Shown: positions 46,108 through 55,420 of the stretch, piece by piece
Layout of the letters: each line of letters starts with the position of its first letter
How positions within the stretch are numbered: position 1 is the stretch's first letter
Notes under the pieces: generated by a model
What the model was told of the DNA's origin: nothing
What the model saw: only the letters and a program-made list of their open reading frames with translations
The model's database searches: none
Assembly: GCA_902778145.1 (NCBI GenBank)
Contig: CACYWW010000022.1
Coordinates: 42,273 to 106,272 of the forward strand
Direction of reading: 5' to 3'
Length of the DNA stretch: 64,000 nt
Source: an uncultured Ruminococcus sp.
GTDB taxonomy: Bacteria > Bacillota > Clostridia > Oscillospirales > CAG-272
Translations under genes and position numbers: made by a program

Positions 46108-47592
46108 ATGAAACATTCAAGGATCGCCGCGGCGCTTTGCCTTCTGCTCGCGGTAGTAACCGCGGCGGGCTGCGCTTCGGGTGGTGCCGACACGACCGCG
46201 GCGCAGATCACGGAGACGACGGAGACGGCTGAGGCTGCAACGACCGCGGAAGAGGTCACGGAGCCCGAAAGCGTCACAACCGAGGAAACGCCGGAGGATC
46301 CCGGTGAGCTTGTGATCTGGCAGCCCGGCGAAAAGCGCTGCGCTTTTTCCGTGGTATACGATAAGAAATCGGACGAGGACGTCACGGCGGCGGCTGATAT
46401 GCTGGCGGCGATGATCAGAAACTACACCGGAGCCGAAGTGAAGACCGCAAACTCCACGACGTCCGCGAAAAGGGAGATCGTCTTCTCGTCAAAGAGACGC
46501 TCCGAGACAGCCTCTATGCTCGGGGCGCTCAACGACGGCGAATACGCCGTGCGCGTGCTTCCGGGCGAGGCGGAGGGCGAGGGAAAACTCCTTATAGCGA
46601 CGACGACCTACTGCTCCGCGTACACCTGCGCCGAATACCTTCTTGAAAGCTTTTACACCGAAGAAAACGGTTTCCGCGTGCCGCTCGATCTTGACGTGAC
46701 CGGAACGGAAAAACCGCTCCGTCTGACCGACAGCACGATAAACAAAAAGCTCCGCGACCCGTGCATCCTCGTTGAGGACGGCGTGTATTACGCATACGGC
46801 ACGGGCTGGAAATGCTTCAAAAACACGAGCGGAAAGCTCGACGGGCCTTTCAAAAAAGTCGAGATCGAGGTCACCCTCGCTCATCCCGACACGGACGGCG
46901 GCAGCCACTGGGCGCCAGAGGTACACAAATACAACGGCAGCTATTACATGTTCACGACGTATCTCAACAGCAAGACGAACCGCCGCGGCTGCATCATACT
47001 GAAAGCCGACTCGCCCGAGGGGCCCTTCGTCGAGATAACGGACGGTCACGTCACCCCGGCGGGCTGGGACGCGATAGACGGAACGTTTTACGTCGACCCG
47101 GACGGTCAGCCGTGGATGGTCTTCGTCCACGAATGGACGTCGATGCCCGGCAACATAGGCGCGTTCGCCGCGGCGAAGCTTTCAGACGATCTGACTCACT
47201 TCATATCCGAGCCGATAGAGCTGTTCAAGGCGAACGAACCCGTATGGGCGAAAGCCAACATAACGGACGGTTGCTTCATGTACACGACGGAGCAGGGCGA
47301 GCTTCTCATGCTCTGGTCGAACTTCGATGAATTCGGATATTCCGTAGCCGTCGCAAGAAGCTCCAACGGCAGACTCGACGGCGAATGGACGCACGAAAAA
47401 GGTCTCCTTTATTCCAAATACATGACGAACGTGTATGACGGCGGCCACGCGATGGTCTTCCGTGACACGGACGGCGTGATGTATATCACGTTCCACTCAC
47501 CGAACACGGCGACGGACGACAGAAAAGAGACCGCGGTGTTCATGGCGATAGAGGAAAAGGACGGCAGACTGCGCCCGATGAAGGCTGAATAA
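46108..47592 (+). CDS. Glycoside hydrolase family 43-like lipoprotein
   Basis: 494 aa. Lipobox VTAAGC. Beta-propeller motifs DPCILVEDGVYYAYGTG, HWAPEVHKYNGSYYMF and IDGTFYVDPDGQPWMVF. Confidence 0.75.
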   Translation: MKHSRIAAALCLLLAVVTAAGCASGGADTTAAQITETTETAEAATTAEEVTEPESVTTEETPEDPGELVIWQPGEKRCAFSVVYDKKSDEDVTAAADMLAAMIRNYTGAEVKTANSTTSAKREIVFSSKRRSETASMLGALNDGEYAVRVLPGEAEGEGKLLIATTTYCSAYTCAEYLLESFYTEENGFRVPLDLDVTGTEKPLRLTDSTINKKLRDPCILVEDGVYYAYGTGWKCFKNTSGKLDGPFKKVEIEVTLAHPDTDGGSHWAPEVHKYNGSYYMFTTYLNSKTNRRGCIILKADSPEGPFVEITDGHVTPAGWDAIDGTFYVDPDGQPWMVFVHEWTSMPGNIGAFAAAKLSDDLTHFISEPIELFKANEPVWAKANITDGCFMYTTEQGELLMLWSNFDEFGYSVAVARSSNGRLDGEWTHEKGLLYSKYMTNVYDGGHAMVFRDTDGVMYITFHSPNTATDDRKETAVFMAIEEKDGRLRPMKAE

Positions 47593-47596
47593 ACGA

Positions 47597-47827
47597 AACG
47601 GCACTCCGGTGCCGTTCAAAGTGAAGACAAACTCCCTCAGTCATCCGGGAAGCTTCCCGGATGACAGCTCCCCCAAGGGAGGAGCCTTGTTTTGCCTCCC
47701 TCTTAGAGGGAGGTGTCAGTTTTGCCTCCCTCTTAGAGGGAGGTGTCACGACGTTCAGTCGTGACGGAAGGAGTAGAATAAAGAATAAAAACTTTGTCTG
47801 CAAGTTGAACGGCACTCCGGTGCCGTT
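47597..47827. repeat. Hairpin-forest element bounded by identical 20-nt palindromes plus ~15-nt inverted flanks. It contains a perfect 2 x 30-nt tandem repeat.
   Basis: aacggcactccggtgccgtt occurs at 47597-47616 and 47808-47827. The inner flanks caaagtgaagacaaa and tttgtctgcaagttg are inverted. Internal hairpins: tcatccggg-aagc-ttcccggatga, cctccctc-ttag-agggagg (twice, in the tandem repeat 47689-47748), gtcacgac-gttca-gtcgtgac. Confidence 0.85.
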
Positions 47828-47867
47828 TTCATTATCACAAAATAAACCGCGTATATCCGATACGCTC

Positions 47868-47896
47868 TTGACGATACGGAAAAAATATGGTAAAAT
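47868..47896 (+). promoter_or_regulatory. Sigma-A promoter (TTGACG-17 nt-TAAAAT, TGG extended -10)
   Basis: ttgacg atacggaaaaaatatgg taaaat. Confidence 0.6.
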
Positions 47897-47931
47897 GAAA
47901 CATGAAGAATAAGAAAGCCGGGAGGCTCCGT

Positions 47932-50307
47932 ATGAAGACCGATCATCCGAAAACGAAAATTTCAAATATCATGAAAAGGCTTCTCTCCCCCGCGCTCGCC
48001 GCTGTGCTTGCCGCGTCGGCGCTTCTGACGCTGCCGTCATGCGAAAGCACTGTCGATACCGGGTCCTTTACCGATACGGAAGCCGTGACGGAGGAGGAGA
48101 AAAAATACGAGGTATCCGGCGGATACGAGGAGAGGGACGGTATGTATTATTCCGAAGGGACCGTAAAGTTCACGTTCACGAAAAGCGTCACGAACTCTTC
48201 GTTCAACCGGATCCGGATCGGATACGGCAGTACGGCGCCGTGCGGGATAGACGTGACAGTCAAGGCCGGGGAGCTGATTAAGACCGAACGGTTCTTTCTC
48301 GAGGCCTCGGAAAACGGTGATTTTCGCGGTCTTCTGAGCGGATTTCTATCCGGCGAGTCGGCGGACTCGGTCGTGTCCGTCGAGGTCTCTCCTCTGCTTC
48401 CCGGGTCGTACGGATTCGGGCTGAAAAGCGTTTCGACGGATAGCGTGCAGATCCCCGATACGGACGCGGACGGCAATTTCTTTATAGAAAACAGTTCCCT
48501 GCGCCTCGGCATCAGGCTCGCGTGGGGCGGCGGCATATCTTACATATCGGACAAAACCCGCAGCATAGACGGTCTCACCAATCTCATCAACCAGCACGAC
48601 ACCGGCAGGCTCGTGCAGCAGTCGTACTACGGCACGCCTAAAATAGACGGCGTATACGACCCGGGCGTTTTCAACGGCGCTGAATGGAACTACAACCCGG
48701 TACAGGGCGGCGACGTCGCCGGTACCCCGTCGCGTCTGATAGATTTCGGGACGGAAAAGGATTCAGTATACGTTAAAACTCAGGCAAAGGACTGGGCGCT
48801 GAACGGCTCGCTCACTCCGTCTTATATGGAAAACAAGTACACGCTCGACGGCGATCTGATCCGCGTTTACAACAGATTCGTCGATTTCTCCGGATTCGAG
48901 CATCCGTATCTTCTGCAGGAGCTGCCGGCGTTCTACACCGTCAGTTATCTTGACACGTTCGTCTATTATTACGGTAAAAAGCCGTGGACGGGCGATAAGC
49001 TGACCTTCAAGCCCGATCTGCCGAGCTGGGTCGACGCCTCGGGCGGCGAGAACATATTCAGGATCCCGTACGGGAACACCGAGACCTGGGCGGCGTGGGT
49101 AGACCGGGACAACTACGGCATCGGCGTCTACACGCCGAACGTCGACGTGTTCCATGCCGGAAGATACAAATACGACAGATCGACGGACGCTCTGTCCGAC
49201 TCGACGAACTATCTGGCTCCGCTTTCCGATATCATGCTCATAAGCTTCGAGCCCGTCGAATACAGCTATCTCATTACTGCGGGCGATATAAACGAGATCA
49301 GGGACAGATTCAGCGAAAACAAAGCTTTTTCAGACAACGCTTCTCTTTCAAAGCACAAAAAAGCCCGTGAGGGCACGGAGGAGCTGTACGATATGACGTC
49401 GATCGACTTTTCCGCCGAGGGCGCCGAAAAGCTCTTCACCGATCCGCATAACACCGCGATAACATATGACGAGGGCGAACGTGCGGCAAAGCTCACGGTA
49501 GAGTCGCCCGACGACGTTTACGTGACACTCAGCTTCGCCGACAACTCGGATAAGGACGTTCAGGCGGAGGATCACTTATCCGTTGAGATCGAATACATGC
49601 TTCCGGAGACGAACGCCGGAAAGCAGTACACCGCGGAACTGTTCCTCGCGTGCGGAGAATACGGCGGCGCCGTCGCCGGAAATTCTGTCACGGCGGTGCT
49701 GACGGCCGACGGAAAATATCATAAGGCGGTCTTCCCCGCCTCGTCTAACGGCTGCTGGCACGGGACGGTCAATCTTCTCCGCCTCGATTATTTCTTCGAC
49801 TGCGCGAAGGACGACTGTATTTACATAAGATCGTTCAGGCTGAAAAAGACCGGCGGCTTTTCAAACGGCAGGATCACGTTCGACTGTGAAGACGCGGTAT
49901 CTTCGATCCCCGGCATGAACGCGACGGACGCTTCATACGACGAAGCTCAAACGGCGCTGAAGCTGACTGTCAAGGGCGGCGACGTCAATATAACGCTCGT
50001 TCCGGACGGGCAGACCGACGCGGCCGATATTTCGCACATCGAGGTCGAATACATGATCCCCGAAGCGAACGCGAAAAGCTCATACACGCTCGAGATGTAT
50101 CTCTGCGCCGGCAGCGTCAGGACCCCGACCGAGGAAAACGTCGTCAGATCCGAATATAAAGCGGACGGCGTATATCACACTGTTAAGATACCCCTGAGCT
50201 CGTTCAGGACTCACGAAGGCGAGATCGGCGCGCTCCGTTACGACTATTTCGCCGCGGCGGCCGAGGGCGATGTGCTCTATGTCAGATCCGTCGCGTTCGT
50301 AAAATAA
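47932..50307 (+). CDS. Secreted lipoprotein of unknown family (paralog of 59513-61465) with a duplicated C-terminal module
   Basis: The track start at 47902 would coincide with the predicted TSS. The ATG at 47932 follows GGAGG. Lipobox LTLPSC. The core motifs WGGGISY, NLINQHDTGRLVQQSYYGT, NYNPVQGGD, PSYMENKYT and QELPAFYTVSYL are shared with the paralog. Confidence 0.75.
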   Translation: MKTDHPKTKISNIMKRLLSPALAAVLAASALLTLPSCESTVDTGSFTDTEAVTEEEKKYEVSGGYEERDGMYYSEGTVKFTFTKSVTNSSFNRIRIGYGSTAPCGIDVTVKAGELIKTERFFLEASENGDFRGLLSGFLSGESADSVVSVEVSPLLPGSYGFGLKSVSTDSVQIPDTDADGNFFIENSSLRLGIRLAWGGGISYISDKTRSIDGLTNLINQHDTGRLVQQSYYGTPKIDGVYDPGVFNGAEWNYNPVQGGDVAGTPSRLIDFGTEKDSVYVKTQAKDWALNGSLTPSYMENKYTLDGDLIRVYNRFVDFSGFEHPYLLQELPAFYTVSYLDTFVYYYGKKPWTGDKLTFKPDLPSWVDASGGENIFRIPYGNTETWAAWVDRDNYGIGVYTPNVDVFHAGRYKYDRSTDALSDSTNYLAPLSDIMLISFEPVEYSYLITAGDINEIRDRFSENKAFSDNASLSKHKKAREGTEELYDMTSIDFSAEGAEKLFTDPHNTAITYDEGERAAKLTVESPDDVYVTLSFADNSDKDVQAEDHLSVEIEYMLPETNAGKQYTAELFLACGEYGGAVAGNSVTAVLTADGKYHKAVFPASSNGCWHGTVNLLRLDYFFDCAKDDCIYIRSFRLKKTGGFSNGRITFDCEDAVSSIPGMNATDASYDEAQTALKLTVKGGDVNITLVPDGQTDAADISHIEVEYMIPEANAKSSYTLEMYLCAGSVRTPTEENVVRSEYKADGVYHTVKIPLSSFRTHEGEIGALRYDYFAAAAEGDVLYVRSVAFVK

Positions 50308-50324
50308 ACGAAAGGAAAAAGCGT

Positions 50325-51833
50325 ATGACCGACGACGGCGAAAGAACATATATAGCGATAGACCTGAAGTCGTTCTACGCTTCAGTCGAATGCGCGGCGC
50401 GAGGACGCGATCCTCTGACGACAAATCTCGTCGTCGCAGACGAGAGCAGGACCGACAAGACGATCTGCCTTGCCGTCTCACCGTCGCTCAAAGCCTACGG
50501 CATCTCCGGAAGAGCGCGTCTTTTCGAGGCGAAGAGGCGCGTTGAAGAGGTCAACCGCAAACGTCTGCGCGAGCTTCACGGCAAACCGTTTTCCGGCAGC
50601 TCAGACGACGATCTTAAAATAAAAGCCGACCCGACCCTCATGCTCGACTTCATCAAGGCTCCGCCGAGGATGGCGGAATACATGAAGGTCAGCGGACAGA
50701 TCTATTCGGTATATCTGCGCGACGTGGCGCCGGAGGATATTTTCGCTTACTCCGTAGACGAGGTATTCATAGACGCGACGTATTATCTCACCGCTTACGG
50801 GCTCTCGGCTCACGATTTCGCGATGAGGCTGATCAAAAACGTGCTGAGGGAAACGGGCATCACCGCGACCGCCGGTATCGGGTCTAACATGTTTCTCGCC
50901 AAGGTCGCGATGGATGTCACGGCGAAGCATATCCCCGCCGACAGCGACGGAGTGCGCATAGCGGAATTAGACGTGATGACGTTCCGCCGCAGGCTGTGGG
51001 ATCACAGGCCGCTCACGGATTTCTGGCGCATCGGTCCCGGCATCGCCCGGCGGCTGGAGGAGCTGCGGATCTTCACGCTCGGAGATCTCGCCCGCTGTTC
51101 CGTGAACGATGAGGAAAAGCTCTATCGGGAATTCGGCGTGAACGCCGAGCTTCTGATCAACCACGCCTGGGGTTGGGAGCCGACGACGATCGCGGACGTC
51201 AAGTCCTACAAGCCGGAGAACAACAGTCTGAGCTCCGGTCAGGTGCTTTCCGAGCCTTATCCCTTTGAAAAAGGGCGGCTGATAGTGCAGGAGATGACGG
51301 ATATGCTCGTGCTCGATCTCGTGGAGCGCCGTCTCGTAACGGATCAGATGGTGCTCACCGTCGGCTACGACACGGGGAACCTTAACAACACAGACTTCAG
51401 CGGGGAGACCGAGATCGACAGGTACGGAAGAAAAGCACCGAAAATGGCGCACGGCTCGATCAACCTCGGCAAATTCACCTCGTCAACGAAGCTGATAATG
51501 GAAAAGATAACGGAACTGTATAACAGGATCGTCAACCGTGATCTGACCGTCAGGCGGATGTACGTCGTCGCGAACCACGTAACGGACGAATCCGGCGCAG
51601 GCGACACGCGACAGATGCGGCAGATGACGTTTTTCGACGACCCGGACGAGATAGAACGCATGGAGGCGAAGGAGAAGGCGGAGCGCGAAAAGGAACGGCG
51701 TCTTCAGGAGGCGGAAATAAAGCTGAAGAAGAAATTCGGAAAAAACGCAGTCCTCAAGGGGATGAACTTTGAGGAGGGCTCGACCGCGATAGCAAGAAAC
51801 AAACAGGTGGGAGGACACCGGTCCGGAGACTGA
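50325..51833 (+). CDS. Y-family DNA polymerase (DinB/UmuC/ImpB type)
   Basis: 502 aa. N-terminal YIAIDLKSFYASVEC, then DEVFIDAT, and little-finger and C-terminal extension regions. Confidence 0.88.
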   Translation: MTDDGERTYIAIDLKSFYASVECAARGRDPLTTNLVVADESRTDKTICLAVSPSLKAYGISGRARLFEAKRRVEEVNRKRLRELHGKPFSGSSDDDLKIKADPTLMLDFIKAPPRMAEYMKVSGQIYSVYLRDVAPEDIFAYSVDEVFIDATYYLTAYGLSAHDFAMRLIKNVLRETGITATAGIGSNMFLAKVAMDVTAKHIPADSDGVRIAELDVMTFRRRLWDHRPLTDFWRIGPGIARRLEELRIFTLGDLARCSVNDEEKLYREFGVNAELLINHAWGWEPTTIADVKSYKPENNSLSSGQVLSEPYPFEKGRLIVQEMTDMLVLDLVERRLVTDQMVLTVGYDTGNLNNTDFSGETEIDRYGRKAPKMAHGSINLGKFTSSTKLIMEKITELYNRIVNRDLTVRRMYVVANHVTDESGAGDTRQMRQMTFFDDPDEIERMEAKEKAEREKERRLQEAEIKLKKKFGKNAVLKGMNFEEGSTAIARNKQVGGHRSGD

Positions 51834-51836
51834 CCG

Positions 51837-52691
51837 GTGAAACGGGAATTATTTCACATGAGGATAAAGCTCACAAGGCCCGCCGGCGTCAGTGTGCGCC
51901 GGATAAATACGAAATACGCGGGGCGAAGGATCAGGGCGCTCGTGCTCTCGCCCGAGGACGGAGCTGAAAACGCCCCGGGCGTCCTGTGGATACACGGCGG
52001 CGGATATATCACCGGCACAAAAGAGACGGTATATATGACTCGCGCGGTCGATCTTGTGACGGATCACGACGCGGTGATCGTCGCGCCGGATTACGGCATC
52101 GCGCCCATCAGACCTTATCCCGCCGCGCTCGACGACTGCTACGCGGCGCTTTTGTGGATGCGTGACCATGCGGAGGAGCTTTGCATTGACAAAGAAAGGC
52201 TCGCGGTCGGCGGCGTCAGCGCCGGCGGCGGACTTTGCGCGGCGGTCTGCATGAGAGCGCGCGACGAGGGCTCGGTGAAGATATCGTTCCAGCTGCCTCT
52301 TTACCCGATGCTTGACGACCGCGACACCGAATCGTCAAAGGACAATCACGGAAGGATCTGGAACACAAAAAGAAATCACTTCGGCTGGCGCATGTATCTG
52401 CGGAAAACTGACAAAAACAACGTGCCGCCATACGCCGCGCCGGCAAGACAGACCGACTGTCACGGGCTGCCTCCGTGCTATACCTTCGTCGGCCGCGGCG
52501 AGCCGTTCTTTTCGGAAACGCTGAAATACGTGAGCGACCTCAGAGCGGCGGGGGTCGCGGCGGAGTGCGACGTGTACGACACGGACATCCACGCCTTCGA
52601 TATGCTTTACCCGGAGCTTCCCGTGAGCCGGGAGGCGTCCGCCGTATTCAACGAAAGGATCTGTCGCATAAAGGTGTTTTCAGATGGATAA
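51837..52691 (+). CDS. Alpha/beta hydrolase (HSL-type esterase/lipase)
   Basis: 284 aa (GTG start; an alternative ATG is at 51858). HGGGY oxyanion motif and GGVSAGG (GxSxG). Confidence 0.82.
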   Translation: MKRELFHMRIKLTRPAGVSVRRINTKYAGRRIRALVLSPEDGAENAPGVLWIHGGGYITGTKETVYMTRAVDLVTDHDAVIVAPDYGIAPIRPYPAALDDCYAALLWMRDHAEELCIDKERLAVGGVSAGGGLCAAVCMRARDEGSVKISFQLPLYPMLDDRDTESSKDNHGRIWNTKRNHFGWRMYLRKTDKNNVPPYAAPARQTDCHGLPPCYTFVGRGEPFFSETLKYVSDLRAAGVAAECDVYDTDIHAFDMLYPELPVSREASAVFNERICRIKVFSDG

Positions 52692-53130
52692 CGAACACAA
52701 ATACGACGATATAATAGATCTGCCGCATCACGTTTCAAAGAAGCATCCGCCTCTCAGCCGCGCGAGCTATGCGGCGCAGTTCTCACCGTTCGCGGCACTT
52801 ACGGGATATGACAGGATCGTAGCCGAGGCGGCGCGTACCACGGACGAGCGCATAGAGCTCGGAGAGGCGGAGGCGTCCGTCCTGAGTCTCAAGCTGAGGA
52901 TCACGGCGGAGCACGAAAAGGAGCTTCCAGTCGTAACGCTCACTTATTTCAAAGAAGACGGACGGAAAAAGGGCGGCGCCTATATTGAAAAGACCGGCGC
53001 CGTGAAGCGCGTGGACGAAATCGGCCGGGTCGTGATCTTTACGGACGGCACAAGGATCCCGACGGACGACGTGACCGATATAAAAAGCGGGCTCTTCTCC
53101 GCGCTTGAGGCCGCCGGATACGATATATGA
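52684..53130 (+). CDS. YolD-like protein (accessory protein usually paired with Y-family polymerases in Firmicutes)
   Basis: 148 aa. HPPLSRASYAAQFSPFAALTGYD resembles the YolD family core. 8-nt overlap with the esterase gene. Confidence 0.5.
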   Translation: MDNEHKYDDIIDLPHHVSKKHPPLSRASYAAQFSPFAALTGYDRIVAEAARTTDERIELGEAEASVLSLKLRITAEHEKELPVVTLTYFKEDGRKKGGAYIEKTGAVKRVDEIGRVVIFTDGTRIPTDDVTDIKSGLFSALEAAGYDI

Positions 53131-53147
53131 TATGAAAGGAGCGGAAA

Positions 53148-53792
53148 ATGACGGAGAGCATACGCGTTTACAAGCAAGATCACATTCGCATAAAGACGGG
53201 AGGAAAGACGGTCCGCATTGATCCGTTCATGGTCGACGATCCGTGTAATGACGCCGACATCATCCTCATCACGCACTCGCATCACGACCATTTCTCGCCC
53301 GACGACATCAGAAAAACATCAAAGAAAAACACGGTCCTCATAGTCCCGGAAAGCATGAAGGAGGACGCGGAGCGTGTGAGGAACGACGTCGGAAAGACGG
53401 TCACCGTCGTTCCCGGCGGATCATACGACGTTGACGGGCTCGTCTTCCGGACCGTTCCCGCCTACAACATAAAAAAGCCGTTCCACCCGAAAAGCGCGCG
53501 CTGGGTCGGATATATCATCGAAACGGATGAAGGGAGCGTATACGTCGCGGGCGACACAGACGCGACGGATGAGGCGAAAAGCGTCAGCTGCGACATCGCG
53601 CTCGTGCCCGTCGGCGGCACGTACACGATGGATCCCGCCGAGGCGGCAGAGCTCGTGAACACGATCGGCCCGTGCGCGGCCATACCCGTGCATTACGGCT
53701 CCATCGTCGGCGGAAAGGAAGACGGGGAAAGGTTCGGAAGCCTCGTCCGGGACGGTATAAACGTCATCATAAAAGCGGGTAAGGCGGAATGA
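53148..53792 (+). CDS. MBL-fold metallo-hydrolase
   Basis: 214 aa. ILITHSHHDHF motif, and VAGDT further downstream. Confidence 0.85.
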   Translation: MTESIRVYKQDHIRIKTGGKTVRIDPFMVDDPCNDADIILITHSHHDHFSPDDIRKTSKKNTVLIVPESMKEDAERVRNDVGKTVTVVPGGSYDVDGLVFRTVPAYNIKKPFHPKSARWVGYIIETDEGSVYVAGDTDATDEAKSVSCDIALVPVGGTYTMDPAEAAELVNTIGPCAAIPVHYGSIVGGKEDGERFGSLVRDGINVIIKAGKAE

Positions 53793-55420
53793 GGATAACC
53801 GGAATCATCTGCGGAAGGGACAGCGTCCGCGTCATGACAGACGCAGAGGACGGGGAAAGGCTTACCGTATGCGCGTTCGTGCCGCTCATAAACGGCAAAG
53901 AGAAAAAAAGAGAGCTGAGATATCCGGGGCGCCGCGTCTTCTCGTGTGAGGCGGACGTTCACGGCGGCTGTCTCACCTTCCCGCGCTTTCCGGGATACGA
54001 TCTTCTCATAGCGCGGTTTGAGATCACGCGTGACGGATCTCCGCTTGAAGGCCCCTGCTACGTCACGGACACGGAGCCCGGCTTCAGCGCCTCGGACAAA
54101 CCGTATCCGGAGCCCGCGCGTCCCATAGGCACGTGGTGCATAGCGCCCGACGAGGATATCGGATACATGCGTATGGGCGTCATGATGGACGAGATAGACG
54201 AGGCGTGGCTTTTCGCGTCGAAGCCCGGCGAAGACGATATAATACACGTCTGGAACGGTGACGAATACCGCTTCGACCGTGCGCATACCGAGATGCACGA
54301 CAAATACCTCTCAAAGCTCGCGTCAAAGGGCATCCCGACGCTGATAAGATTCATAAACCGCAAGAATTTCCAGCGCTTCAAGGGAGACGATACGGTTTTC
54401 GAACGGATCCGCCACCCGGATTATGAAACGGATTTTGACGGCGCTGAGATGAGCGCTGTCAACGTCCGCACGGAGGAGGGCTTCCGCCGCTACTGCGCCG
54501 CGCTCGATTTCCTTTTTGGCAGATACTCGTCCGAGGGCAGTCCTTACGGCATATCCGCCGTAACGGATATCGGCAACGAGATAAACTCCGCCCGCATCTG
54601 GAACAACGCGGGCAAAGCTGAGTGCGCCGACTACATGGAGGAATACACCGTCGCGCTGCGCACGGCGTCGCTTCTGTCAAAGCAGTACAGAAGCCGCCAC
54701 ACGGTGAACGTCTCGCTTGAAATGAACTTCAGCCGTCCGTATATCGACGATCCGCTCCACTACTACCCGGCGCGTCAGTGCCTTGAGGAGCTTTTGAAAA
54801 ACTGTCGGAGGGACGGCGATTTCGAATGGGGAGTCTCGGCGCATCCTTACCCCGAAAGGCTCGATCACCCCGATTTCTACAACGATCCGACGCCGGATTT
54901 CACTACGGACACAAAGATCATAACGATGAAAAACCTTGAGGTGTGGCCTCTGCTGCTCTCGCAGCCGGAATATCTTTACAGGGGATCACCGCGCTGTCTC
55001 GTTTTCGACGAGCAGGGCTTCAACACGCGCACGGGTGAGCCTCACACGGAGGAGGAGGGCGCGTGGGCGTTCATCCTCGCGTATCTGAAAATAAAAAAGC
55101 TCGGGGAAAAAGGTCTGCCCCGGCTCAGATATTTCCTCATACACAGGCACATAGATCTTGACGACGGAGACGAATACGGTCTTCACCTCGGGCTCCGTTA
55201 TTTCGGCGGTTATTCCGACGGCGACCACCTCTTCCCCTCTCCGGGCCCGCGCAAGCTGATCTGCGAGGCGATAGCCGCGACGGGAACGGAGCACGAAAAC
55301 GAATGGATCGAACGGGCGAGAAACGGGATCGGGCAAAAGCTCTTCGACTCTCTCCTCGACCCGCCCCTGAAAGCACAACCTAAGAAGAAACAAAATACGA
55401 CCGATCAGAAGGAGGTATGA
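53789..55420 (+). CDS. Hypothetical protein, possibly a clan GH-A-like TIM barrel (DUF5722-like)
   Basis: 543 aa with no signal peptide. TDIGNEINS resembles the Asn-Glu acid/base motif of clan GH-A. By eye only. Confidence 0.3.
   Translation: MRITGIICGRDSVRVMTDAEDGERLTVCAFVPLINGKEKKRELRYPGRRVFSCEADVHGGCLTFPRFPGYDLLIARFEITRDGSPLEGPCYVTDTEPGFSASDKPYPEPARPIGTWCIAPDEDIGYMRMGVMMDEIDEAWLFASKPGEDDIIHVWNGDEYRFDRAHTEMHDKYLSKLASKGIPTLIRFINRKNFQRFKGDDTVFERIRHPDYETDFDGAEMSAVNVRTEEGFRRYCAALDFLFGRYSSEGSPYGISAVTDIGNEINSARIWNNAGKAECADYMEEYTVALRTASLLSKQYRSRHTVNVSLEMNFSRPYIDDPLHYYPARQCLEELLKNCRRDGDFEWGVSAHPYPERLDHPDFYNDPTPDFTTDTKIITMKNLEVWPLLLSQPEYLYRGSPRCLVFDEQGFNTRTGEPHTEEEGAWAFILAYLKIKKLGEKGLPRLRYFLIHRHIDLDDGDEYGLHLGLRYFGGYSDGDHLFPSPGPRKLICEAIAATGTEHENEWIERARNGIGQKLFDSLLDPPLKAQPKKKQNTTDQKEV

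Noticed and set aside
47540-47965. 141-aa minus-strand ORF and 83-aa plus-strand ORF across the hairpin element
   Set aside because: Their repeats (PPSKREAK x2) simply translate the 30-nt tandem hairpin repeat. They also span a promoter and the neighbouring gene's start.
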